From positions 1-60,973 of the forward strand of contig JAQBYT010000021.1 in the NCBI GenBank assembly GCA_027622665.1: 60,973 nucleotides of DNA, written 5' to 3'. The notes beneath the pieces are model-generated. The model was not told the origin of the DNA. It searched no databases and saw only the letters and a program-made list of their open reading frames with translations. Position numbers and translations under genes: made by a program. Below, piece after piece: positions 50,507-59,474 of the stretch (position 1 is its first letter; the number at the start of each line of letters is the position of its first letter). This stretch comes from Verrucomicrobiota bacterium. GTDB lineage: Bacteria; Verrucomicrobiota; Verrucomicrobiia; Opitutales; Seribacteraceae.

Positions 50507-51319
50507 TCATTGGAGGATCCGTTGCAATTCCTTGTCCGTGGCCCAACCTTTTTTGTCCCCGGAAACCGAGCGGGCAAGATACCACTTTACTTCATCTTTC
50601 GTGACATGCATTTTCAACTGGCCTTTCTCGTCTTTATCGATTCTTACGACCTCGCCCGGTTTGAGTTCGGCATTGGCGTCGTTGGCACCACCGGCGTAGC
50701 GGCGAAGCCGAATAACGGCAGTTTCGTTACCTTCGTTGGTTTTAGCCGGAAGCACGGCGACGGCTTCACGCACGAGGAAGTCTATGTTGCGGTCTGCTCG
50801 CCATATCGCGTAAGTCCCAAAGGCCACAATTCCCGCCCAACCGATTACCCCGGCGATTTTAGCGAATCCGGAAATATAAGATCTAGTTAGAATCAAGCCC
50901 AAGCAGATGCCTAGCCAGAAGGCTATTGTAGTAGCCCATACCCAAATGCTTATTGATTCGGGAGCGAAGTAAAAATCGTCGATTGAAGGGGTGACGGGAG
51001 GTAGTCCCACTGTTTTCCGGACGAAGGCTAGATTGGAACTGAATTCCGGATTTCCAGGATCCAGTAATAATGCTTTTCGATAGTGGAGGATCGCCTTACC
51101 CGAGGAACCCGTCTTGTAGTGTAGATTGGCCAGATTGCCGTGTAGATTGGCCGAATGGGAAATGGCAACGGCTTTTCCATAAGAGGCAATGGCTGTTTCC
51201 AAGTCACCTGACGCCTCCGCCCTAACGCCGTCGTAGAATGGACGGTTTGCCTCGTTCCCGTTAACTCCGCAGGCAAATGTCGCGGAGATAAGGTATACCA
51301 CTAGTCTTACTAGCTTCAT
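50507..51319 (-). CDS. batE: BatE-like TPR membrane protein
   Basis: TPR NLANLHYKTG..KAILHYRKALLLDP, two TM helices, SH3-like end; operon position. Confidence 0.75.
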   Translation of the reverse strand: MKLVRLVVYLISATFACGVNGNEANRPFYDGVRAEASGDLETAIASYGKAVAISHSANLHGNLANLHYKTGSSGKAILHYRKALLLDPGNPEFSSNLAFVRKTVGLPPVTPSIDDFYFAPESISIWVWATTIAFWLGICLGLILTRSYISGFAKIAGVIGWAGIVAFGTYAIWRADRNIDFLVREAVAVLPAKTNEGNETAVIRLRRYAGGANDANAELKPGEVVRIDKDEKGQLKMHVTKDEVKWYLARSVSGDKKGWATDKELQRILQ

Positions 51320-53139
51320 GCTAAGGAACGAATGTTTTTGAGGAGGCGCTTGATCCGTACCTGCCAATCCAGAAGAGGTAGGTCTGATTTGGCGTCTCCG
51401 GCAAACTCGTGAGCGTCTGCAGTTTCGAAAACTTCATTGATCTCGGATATAAGTACGTCGGAGGCTTTTCTTTGTAGTAAGATGGCGAGTACCTCGTCTC
51501 GGGCCAGAGTCTCTGGCTTTTCTTGTCCTGACAACGCACCGACCTTTTCTCTTATTGCCCCTCGAGTTGCTCGGAAAAACCCCATGGTGTCGTTGAAACG
51601 AGTCGCTCTTTTCATGTCGTCCCGCAATTTTGCGAATCGTTTGGCTGAGCTATCCCTTGAAGAGCTTCTTTGCCGTATTCTCCATCCTATAATCCCGCAG
51701 AAGCAGATGAGTGGCGCGATTTGCGCATACCAGAAAGCGGAGGAACGGAAGACTGGTTCGGTAGTAAGGGACTTACGCCATTCGCTTGGCTCGCTTTCAG
51801 TTTGAAAGAGATTGCGGGCCAGTTCTGAGTTTGGTTGTTTCTCAGTAAATGCGAATTCAGGTGGAGACGGGTCCACCCATGTTTCGCCGGCATCGACACG
51901 AAGGATATGCGAATTTCCCGATGCATCGACGTATCGTTCCGAGGTCGGATCGAAATAGGCAAAGGGAACGGCGGGGATTTCTATCTGTCCCGGTCGCAAC
52001 GGAGTTACCACATAGTCGAAACTTTGGGTTCCTTCGTATCGAAGGTTTTCATCGCCCTCGAAGGAGAATGCAGGCGGTCCCACCTTTATCTTTTCACTGG
52101 AATCGATTTCTGGAGCGGGCATTACCCCGAAATTTCCTTTGCCCGTTACTGTGAAGGTTATGCGCACGGGGTCGCCAACAGTTACTCGTTCCGCGTCCGT
52201 TGCCGAATTCGTGGAAACGGTGCCAATGGCACCACGGAACGCTTGCGGTCTTCCTTCCATCGGAAGAGACCTCACCTCAAGTTTTAGTTTTTCGGAGGTT
52301 ACCGACATCGCTTCTTCTCGACCGAATCCAAAAAATGGATCACGGAAAAATGGATCCTGTAAAAACGGATTGCCCGAAGGAGAATTTCGATTGTTTTGAA
52401 CACGAACGCGAACGGTCATTTTATAGAATAATTCGTGCATGCCTTCCATTGCTGCGGTGAGAGCCACGGGCCATGAATAAACAGTATAGCTTTTCCCGTT
52501 GCGGGAGGTGTGTTTCTCGATCGGACGGTTGATCTCGCTTTGGGAAAAAGCATCTCCGTTTTTTTGAGGAAGTTGCACAAGACGAGTTATGGGTAGGCGC
52601 TCCCAAATATAAAGGTCGACTGAGCCCAGCGTGGTTTCACCCTCGTAGAGGTATTTGCGAGGAAGGTTTACCTCTAGGAACAGAGCCTGACGAAGGTCGG
52701 ACTCTTGTTGTTGAAGAGCTTGTGCTCGAAGCACATCTTCTTGGTTCGGTGGAAGGACGCGGAGGGTGGCGGCAGGAACACGATGAGGAGTGCCTTTCAC
52801 CGAGAGGTTCCATGCAGGGATGGTGAAGTTTCCGTGCCTTTCGGGTTTAACGGCAAAGGAGAGTTCGAGGCGAACGGAAGGCACTCCATTGAGAAAGCTT
52901 GCTGCGCGAAATACGCGCGGATTACCGGAAATGCCAAGTCCGGCGACGGCGGGGAGACTGCCTGCAGGAGATTGTTGTGAACCGTGAATAGTTACTTTGT
53001 AGGTGGTCTGTAGGTTTAAGGTGATGGCGGAAGGTGAAAAGTTCGCCTCGATGCGAATCTTTTGTTGTTGTCCGATTGCCGAAAAACCGACCAAAAGGAA
53101 AGGCCACAGACAATGAAATAGGTGAATGATTCTTGTCAC
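51316..53139 (-). CDS. batD: BatD-family protein
   Basis: Signal peptide, repeated beta domains, FRGAIG, VTVGDPV, PFAYFDP, C-terminal TM; operon position. Confidence 0.85.
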   Translation of the reverse strand: MTRIIHLFHCLWPFLLVGFSAIGQQQKIRIEANFSPSAITLNLQTTYKVTIHGSQQSPAGSLPAVAGLGISGNPRVFRAASFLNGVPSVRLELSFAVKPERHGNFTIPAWNLSVKGTPHRVPAATLRVLPPNQEDVLRAQALQQQESDLRQALFLEVNLPRKYLYEGETTLGSVDLYIWERLPITRLVQLPQKNGDAFSQSEINRPIEKHTSRNGKSYTVYSWPVALTAAMEGMHELFYKMTVRVRVQNNRNSPSGNPFLQDPFFRDPFFGFGREEAMSVTSEKLKLEVRSLPMEGRPQAFRGAIGTVSTNSATDAERVTVGDPVRITFTVTGKGNFGVMPAPEIDSSEKIKVGPPAFSFEGDENLRYEGTQSFDYVVTPLRPGQIEIPAVPFAYFDPTSERYVDASGNSHILRVDAGETWVDPSPPEFAFTEKQPNSELARNLFQTESEPSEWRKSLTTEPVFRSSAFWYAQIAPLICFCGIIGWRIRQRSSSRDSSAKRFAKLRDDMKRATRFNDTMGFFRATRGAIREKVGALSGQEKPETLARDEVLAILLQRKASDVLISEINEVFETADAHEFAGDAKSDLPLLDWQVRIKRLLKNIRSLA

Positions 53140-53145
53140 GATACT

Positions 53146-55578
53146 CTAATAGTCCCTTCCTCGTCGGGGAGTTTCGACCACTTTGCCCTCGATGTCCAGT
53201 GGCTCAGAGTTGGCCTCGATTTCCTGAAGTAGGCGTTCATAGAGAGCGTTCACTTCTTGGGGGACTTCCGGTGGTGATGCCGCAGTCTCGTTTTCGCCGT
53301 CCTTGGGGTCTTGCGGGTTTGGGTCGGAATCCGAGTCTTTCGGGTCCGACTCTGAATTCTGATTATCTTTTTGTGAATCTCCTTGTCCTTCCTGCGGAGT
53401 GGAAACACCGAAGTCGAGATGTTGAGCAACCGTTTCAAAATCAACGGATGCCAAGTGAGCTTTTTCATCGTTTGCAGGAAAGGTGACGTTTGCATCCTCC
53501 CCCTCGACTTGAATGCATAGGACGTGTTGCCCGGGTGGGACGACTTGAGAGAACTCACCTGATTCGGATGGTTTGAAAGAAGTTTCGTTTTCATCGAGGG
53601 CGAGATTCCCGTTTCGATCGAGAAAGAGATTGGCTCCGGAAAACCCTGTTTCATTGTCGTCTCGATTACCGTCTCGGTTTGCGTCATTCCAGACAAAACC
53701 CTGCAACATGGGAGCGGCTCGATAGGAGAAGTGGACTTGGCGGTTGCCTGCTTTTGGCAGTTCCACGAACTGTGTCTTTAGGTTGTTCGGATTGAAGGGA
53801 GGTGGAGGTGGCGCGAGTAGTGGGAGCAGGGTGACGCCCTTTGTGCCATTACTTTCAGCGGGAACGCATCCAAGTTGAAAGGAAGTGGGGTAAGTCGCAG
53901 AAATCCACTCGATGGCGTATCGACCTTGATCGTCAGTTTCGACAAAAGGCTCCGATGAAGCGTTATGTTCGCCGTCGTTGTTTTGATCCCAATAGATTTT
54001 GCCTGGCAATCGCGGTTCTTTCTCTTGTGGTCGTCCGTCTCCATCGACATCTCTCCATGCAATACCTGAAACAAGAGAGAGCAACGACTTGATTCGGCTT
54101 TCGATTTGTTTGGCCAGTTCGTCTCTGTTGACATTGGCCTTTGGGTTGTCGTCAATAGACATGGCCGCTTCGTAGTGCTGCAAGGCCTTTTCCCACGCCT
54201 CGCGTGCCGACTTTACGTCTATCCGATCCAGAGCTTGATTGGCTCGGTTGTATTGAAGGTTCCCTAGAGCATTGAGAATTGTAGATTGAAGGGAAGGCTC
54301 GTCTACGGTTCCGTCCAGAGCTTTTTCGAGGAAAGTCTCGGCTTTTTCAAGGTTACCCGCATCCAGATGAGTGAGGCCGGCGTTTAAATGAAGGCGTGGG
54401 TCAACCTGCTTGTCTTCGCTTTTAGTGGCGTTTATCTCTGCCTCGTAATAGGCGGCAGCTTTTTCAAACTCCTTGTTTTTATGGGCTTCCTCAGCTCTTT
54501 TTATATTGTCCCTCCGGAAACAGCCAGAGATGAAGATCAATATCATCAATGCGAGCGAGGGGGCAATTGCACGAATCCGTCGTCGATTGCCAAGCAGAAA
54601 TTCGGTGGCAAGCATGAGCATAGCCAATGCCACAAAAGGTTGATAACGTTCGATTGGAAGTTCCTGTGAGAGAATGGTGTGATGTTTGCGGTGGCCGATT
54701 GCTTGAAGTTCATCGAAAACTCTAGCCAAACCTTCGCCGGCGGGTCCCAATTGGAAGTACTTGCCGCCGGTTGATTCTGCGATGGCACGTAGAGACGTGT
54801 CGTCGAGTTTTGTGACGACGGCTTTTCCTGCCGGATCCTTAAGGAAATTGCGTGCCCTCTGTGGAATGGGATCAAGAGGAATTTGAGCCCCTTCTTTGCT
54901 TCCAATCCCGATCGTGTAAATCCGCACGCCTTCCTTGGCGCTTTCCTTGGCTTTCTTCAAGCCTTCCCCTTCCAGATCCTCCCCGTCGGATATAAGTATG
55001 AGGAAACGGTCGCTATCATCCTCGGAAAAAGATCTGGCGGCCTCATCTATTGGGCGGGAGAGATCGGTTCCTTGGTTTTTAATTACGCCGACTTCCATTT
55101 CTCGCAAGGTTCGGCGAAAAGCGGAGTGGTCGAGGGTCAGCGGGCATTGAAGAAAAGAGGTTCCTGCAAAAGCTATGAGACCGAGTCGGTCACCCTTTAC
55201 TTTTTCGAGGAGATTGGAAATGCCTAGCTTTACCCTCTCGATCCGGTTCGGTCGCACATCGCGGGCGAGCATGCTTCGTGACACGTCCAAGGCGAGAAGC
55301 ACATCGATTCCGGTCGGGATCGCCTTCCGTTGGCTTTTGCCCCACTGGGGTTTCGCCAGTGCCAAGAAAAGTAGGAGAATGGCCGCGGCATATATGACGT
55401 TTCGAGCGATGGTCTTTGGTTTGGAGTGAGATTCGGCTAGCTTGGAAAGTAGCTTAGGTGCTGTGAATTTCTTCAACCGTCGAATTTTCCGTAGTTCCGA
55501 CCACCACAGGAAGAATCCGACTGCGGTAGTTGCAAGTAGGCCCGACAAAAGCCATTCCGGGTGGGCAAAGAGATTCAT
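53146..55578 (-). CDS. batB: BatB (VWA)-BatC (TPR) fusion with two SdrD-B-like Ca-binding domains
   Basis: LDVSRSM MIDAS, PLTLD, ISDGED; TPRs; WRDVDGDG and VWNDANRDG domains; acidic tail ending RDY. Confidence 0.85.
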   Translation of the reverse strand: MNLFAHPEWLLSGLLATTAVGFFLWWSELRKIRRLKKFTAPKLLSKLAESHSKPKTIARNVIYAAAILLLFLALAKPQWGKSQRKAIPTGIDVLLALDVSRSMLARDVRPNRIERVKLGISNLLEKVKGDRLGLIAFAGTSFLQCPLTLDHSAFRRTLREMEVGVIKNQGTDLSRPIDEAARSFSEDDSDRFLILISDGEDLEGEGLKKAKESAKEGVRIYTIGIGSKEGAQIPLDPIPQRARNFLKDPAGKAVVTKLDDTSLRAIAESTGGKYFQLGPAGEGLARVFDELQAIGHRKHHTILSQELPIERYQPFVALAMLMLATEFLLGNRRRIRAIAPSLALMILIFISGCFRRDNIKRAEEAHKNKEFEKAAAYYEAEINATKSEDKQVDPRLHLNAGLTHLDAGNLEKAETFLEKALDGTVDEPSLQSTILNALGNLQYNRANQALDRIDVKSAREAWEKALQHYEAAMSIDDNPKANVNRDELAKQIESRIKSLLSLVSGIAWRDVDGDGRPQEKEPRLPGKIYWDQNNDGEHNASSEPFVETDDQGRYAIEWISATYPTSFQLGCVPAESNGTKGVTLLPLLAPPPPPFNPNNLKTQFVELPKAGNRQVHFSYRAAPMLQGFVWNDANRDGNRDDNETGFSGANLFLDRNGNLALDENETSFKPSESGEFSQVVPPGQHVLCIQVEGEDANVTFPANDEKAHLASVDFETVAQHLDFGVSTPQEGQGDSQKDNQNSESDPKDSDSDPNPQDPKDGENETAASPPEVPQEVNALYERLLQEIEANSEPLDIEGKVVETPRRGRDY

Positions 55579-56636
55579 GGAATCCTTAAGAATACAGTTA
55601 GCGACAGGACTATTTCAATCAAAAGAAGAAAAATCCCTGCAGTCAAAGGCCAATGAAAGAGTTCCTCGTAGAGAGCGTTCACTTCGTATGCGACTTCAGT
55701 TTTTTCTAGTTGATCGATCTCTTCGTAAATATCACGAAGAGCGGTTTCGTCTCCTGCCTCGAAGAACTTGGCGCCCGTGGTTTCGGCGACTTTGCGCAGT
55801 ACTTCCTTGTCCACCGGATAATGGGCAATGGTCACTTCCGGATTGCCGGAGGAGTTGCGAAGCAAGTCCCCCGTCCGTCTATCATAGATGTAGGTTCGAG
55901 TTCGAGTCGCTTGTCCTACCGCAATTGTATAAATTTTTATTCCGTCTTTCTTCGCGCCTTCGGCAAAAACCAGTGGGCTGTGCCGGGGTGGCGGGTCGTC
56001 CTTGCCATCGGTCAGAAGAATGACGATGCGACTCTTTGCTTCCAGTTCTCGAACGCGGTTGATGCCTTCACCCAAAGCTCCCCCGATGTTTGTTCCCGTC
56101 TGGAGCGTGAGACCTACTCGCATACGGTCGAGATTGCGGTGCAGGTGTTCCTTGTCCAAGGTTAGAGGGCTGAGTAAGTAGGGGTTTACGGAAAAACCTA
56201 TCAATCCGATCCTGTCGTGCTTTCGCATGGAGACGAAGTCCTTGATCACTCGTTTCACTACTTCGAGGCGGGTGATGGGTTTGCTCGGACTCTCACTCAT
56301 GTCCAAGGCAAGCATGGACGCGGAAAGGTCAACTGCCAGAACTATGTCCACGCCACTCTCTTGAATGGTGCGAGTACTTTCATCCAATTGTGGTCGAGCA
56401 AGAGCGATTGGAAGGCAGACCAAAGCGAATAATCGTAAGGTTGGCGGAATCAAACGAGCAGGCCAAGCGCTTCCTGGTTCCGCACAGCGCAAGAGGGCCA
56501 ACGATGAAAACTTGAGAGTGGAGTTTCTTTGCTTCTGTCGAAACCTTACGATTATTAGCGCTATTATCACCAGGATGAACCACAACCAGTGAGGCTCTGC
56601 CAATCGAAAGCGTTCCCAGTGCCCGAAAGGGTTCAT
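55575..56636 (-). CDS. batA: BatA-like VWA domain protein
   Basis: ALARPQ, AVDLSASM, DRIGLI, PLTLD, LLTDG, IDQLEKT. Confidence 0.88.
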   Translation of the reverse strand: MNPFGHWERFRLAEPHWLWFILVIIALIIVRFRQKQRNSTLKFSSLALLRCAEPGSAWPARLIPPTLRLFALVCLPIALARPQLDESTRTIQESGVDIVLAVDLSASMLALDMSESPSKPITRLEVVKRVIKDFVSMRKHDRIGLIGFSVNPYLLSPLTLDKEHLHRNLDRMRVGLTLQTGTNIGGALGEGINRVRELEAKSRIVILLTDGKDDPPPRHSPLVFAEGAKKDGIKIYTIAVGQATRTRTYIYDRRTGDLLRNSSGNPEVTIAHYPVDKEVLRKVAETTGAKFFEAGDETALRDIYEEIDQLEKTEVAYEVNALYEELFHWPLTAGIFLLLIEIVLSLTVFLRIP

Positions 56637-57292
56637 CCCATGTCCTCCGACGGTTGGTCGTTGCTTTTCGTTGCTTCTTCTTCAAGTCGACGGTGAGAGT
56701 CTTTCACAAAGTGGACGGCGGAATCGAGCAACAATCGAAGCCCCTCCGCGTCAATGCTTTCTCTCGAGTACTTCACCATATCGCTACGATCTACGAATTC
56801 GTGCAAGAGATCGTCGTATCTTTTGCTGAAAAACTTGTGTTCCGCTACTTCTCGGAGGAATTCCTCGCTTGTCAATTCCATTGCAGGAAGAGCAAAGCAG
56901 CGCTCGACGTACACGCGAAGCACTTCCGAAAGACGGAACACAAAAGGCTTTGCATCCATTCTGTGACATTCCGCATCTAGGGCATCCAGTGCCTCGATGG
57001 CCTCCTCGTACGGATCGCGTGTGGGGATCGCAGTTTCTGCGGTTTCACCTTTGTTCCACCGCTGTCGCAACCAAAAGACAAAGATTATTGTTATGGCGAT
57101 TCCTCCCGCCAGAGCCAGAATCCACCAGTTTTCCGTTAAGAGTTCAGAAATGCTTTTGTACAGGGGGATCGGTTCGTCGCGTTCTCTTTTTTTTTCTAGA
57201 TAGGAATCTTGATTTTGGGCGTAACCAATTCCCTTTATTGCGATGCTAAAAAGGGACAAGAGCGTTAGTTTTGCAGATGCTGGAAACATCAT
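56633..57292 (-). CDS. Bat-operon single-pass membrane protein (DUF4381-like)
   Basis: TM helix, PYEEAIEAL, LRVYVE..ELTSEEF..DMVKY pattern; operon position. Confidence 0.75.
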   Translation of the reverse strand: MMFPASAKLTLLSLFSIAIKGIGYAQNQDSYLEKKRERDEPIPLYKSISELLTENWWILALAGGIAITIIFVFWLRQRWNKGETAETAIPTRDPYEEAIEALDALDAECHRMDAKPFVFRLSEVLRVYVERCFALPAMELTSEEFLREVAEHKFFSKRYDDLLHEFVDRSDMVKYSRESIDAEGLRLLLDSAVHFVKDSHRRLEEEATKSNDQPSEDMG

Positions 57293-58221
57293 CCTCTTCT
57301 GCGGTTTCCCCTGAGTTTGAAGAATTCTCTTAAACGGTTAACGTAGTCGGTGTCCGTGGATAAACCAAAGCAGTCGATGCCTCGCCTGAGAAGTCGTTTT
57401 TCGAACCCCACTACCCAGTCTCGAGATCTTTCGAAGTAACGCTGGCGAAAGGCCTTGTCGGTTGTATTGACTTCAATGAGTTCTCCTGTTTCCAAATCTT
57501 CAAGAAGAATGTGGCCGACGTCCGGCAATTCGGTGTCTCGAGGGTCTTCGACGCGGACGCAAACGAGATCGTGTCGTCTTCTAGTCGTTGAAAGTTCCTT
57601 GAAGAGGATATCTTCGGCGGGTTCCTCCTCGTCCCCGTTTTCGGGTATCATGAAGTCGGAAAGCAAGAACACGATCGATCGTCTTCGCATCACTCTGTTG
57701 AGAAAGCGAAGACAGCCTCTAAGGTCGGTTCCTTTACCCTTGGTTTGGTTGAAGAGAATTTCACGGAGGATACGCAAAACATGCTTTTGTCCCTTGGCGG
57801 GAGGTAGGTAGTGTTCTACTTCGTCAGTGAAAAGAATTAGACCGATTTTATCATTGTTGCGGTCGGCCGAGAATGCGAGGAGCGCGGCCAGTTCGGCGAG
57901 TCGCTCTCGTTTGCTTTGCTCAATTGAGCCGAAGGAACCGCTAGCACTTATATCTACCGCTAGCACGATCGTGAGTTCTCTCTCCTCTCGATACTGTTTC
58001 ACGAAGGGAGCATTCATTTTTGCGGTAACGTTCCAATCGATAGATCGGACTTCATCCCCCGGTTGGTATTCTCGTACTTCCTCGAAATCAATGCCCTGAC
58101 CTTTGAATGCACTATGGTATGATCCTGCAAGCGCTTCCGAGACCAATCTATTCGATCGAATCTCGATTTGTCGCACCTTTTTCAGAATCTGGCGCGTGAA
58201 CTCTTGGTCGGGTTCTTCCAT
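57289..58221 (-). CDS. DUF58 domain protein
   Basis: GIDFEEVREYQPGDEVRSIDWNVTA, EERELT, DISAS. Confidence 0.95.
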   Translation of the reverse strand: MEEPDQEFTRQILKKVRQIEIRSNRLVSEALAGSYHSAFKGQGIDFEEVREYQPGDEVRSIDWNVTAKMNAPFVKQYREERELTIVLAVDISASGSFGSIEQSKRERLAELAALLAFSADRNNDKIGLILFTDEVEHYLPPAKGQKHVLRILREILFNQTKGKGTDLRGCLRFLNRVMRRRSIVFLLSDFMIPENGDEEEPAEDILFKELSTTRRRHDLVCVRVEDPRDTELPDVGHILLEDLETGELIEVNTTDKAFRQRYFERSRDWVVGFEKRLLRRGIDCFGLSTDTDYVNRLREFFKLRGNRRRG

Positions 58222-58250
58222 CCTATATTGTCCTCGATCGGGGTAGGCTT

Positions 58251-58277
58251 TCTACCACCTGGTTTCAAGGTGGTAGA
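58251..58277. other. 10-bp perfect hairpin just after the moxR stop
   Basis: TCTACCACCT-GGTTTCA-AGGTGGTAGA; no U-tract on the operon strand. Confidence 0.6.
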
Positions 58278-58278
58278 T

Positions 58279-59295
58279 TTAGGGTACGGGTATGGTTTCG
58301 AAGATTTTCCGTATCACGTCGTCGCTGGTTATATTCTCGGCTTCCGCTTCATAACTTACGATGACTCTGTGCCTGAGCACGTCAAATCCAACGTCTTTGA
58401 TGTCTTGAGGGGTCACGAAACTACGCCCTTGCATGAATGCTATCGCCTTGGATGCAAGAGCCAAGCTGATAGTGGCTCGGGGCGATGCTCCGAATCGAAT
58501 AAAGGCTTCCAGTTCGGACGCTCCGTAACTTGCTGGCTCTCGGGTGGCAAGTACCACATCCACTAAATACCCCTTGAGCTTTTCGTCCACATAGATTTTA
58601 TCCACCAATTCGCGAGACCTCAAAATAGTTTCTGCTTCGACCACCGTGTTGACCTCGTGCTGAACGTTCACGTTTGCGTTGGCTTCTAAGATTTTCAGTT
58701 CTTCTTCTCGATTTGGGTAGTTTACCACGAGCTTCAACATGAATCGATCCATTTGAGCCTCGGGAAGAGAGTAAGTGCCTTCTTGATCGATCGGATTCTC
58801 CGTGGCAAGGACTAGAAAAGGTTTTGGCAGAGGATAAGTGACGTCGCCGATGGTCACTTGCCTCTCCTGCATCCCTTCGAGCAGAGCGCTTTGAACCTTT
58901 GCAGGGGCTCGGTTTATTTCATCTGCAAGCAAAAGGTTGGTAAAGATAGGACCTTTCTTCGTTGTGAACTCACCCTTGCTTGGACTGTATATCAAGGTGC
59001 CCACGACATCTGCGGGGAGCAGGTCGGGAGTGAACTGGATGCGCTTGAAATCAGCCCGTATGCACCGGGCAAGTGTTTTTACGGCCAAGGTCTTGGCCAG
59101 TCCCGGCACGCCTTCGAGAAGTACGTGACCATTTGCCAAGAGACCTATGATCAGGCGGTCGACCAAATACTTTTGCCCAACGATGACTCGCCCGATTTCC
59201 CGTCGCAGTAAATCGACCCAAGCGGCTTCGTTCCGCATCTTTTCTTGTTGTTCTGGAGCGGGAGGCATTTGAGATGCTATGGAATCCTGTTGCAT
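58279..59295 (-). CDS. moxR: MoxR-family AAA+ ATPase
   Basis: LLEGVPGLAKT, RIQFTPDLLPAD, ADEINRA, EGTYSLPEAQMDRF, GASPRA; ATG 59295 chosen. Confidence 0.95.
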   Translation of the reverse strand: MQQDSIASQMPPAPEQQEKMRNEAAWVDLLRREIGRVIVGQKYLVDRLIIGLLANGHVLLEGVPGLAKTLAVKTLARCIRADFKRIQFTPDLLPADVVGTLIYSPSKGEFTTKKGPIFTNLLLADEINRAPAKVQSALLEGMQERQVTIGDVTYPLPKPFLVLATENPIDQEGTYSLPEAQMDRFMLKLVVNYPNREEELKILEANANVNVQHEVNTVVEAETILRSRELVDKIYVDEKLKGYLVDVVLATREPASYGASELEAFIRFGASPRATISLALASKAIAFMQGRSFVTPQDIKDVGFDVLRHRVIVSYEAEAENITSDDVIRKIFETIPVP

Positions 59296-59474
59296 ATTTA
59301 ATTTTCGATAAGAATTGAAACATATAAACCTTAACGAAGCTTTGCTATTGTCCAAGCGAAATGATTTCCTTAAAGTCATTATATGTTTGAAAGTTTGCTT
59401 TTCACTTGCCGAGTTCCTGTTGGTGATTTTTAGAATCTTTTGATTAATCATCAACCCCATCTATCTCGATTGTC

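Noticed and set aside
59296..59460. N-terminal extensions in the ORF track for moxR (also aroC to 47167, the M32 peptidase to 50577 and the first gene from 43)
   Set aside because: Extensions run through promoter-like intergenic DNA or overlap neighbouring genes; homology begins at downstream starts
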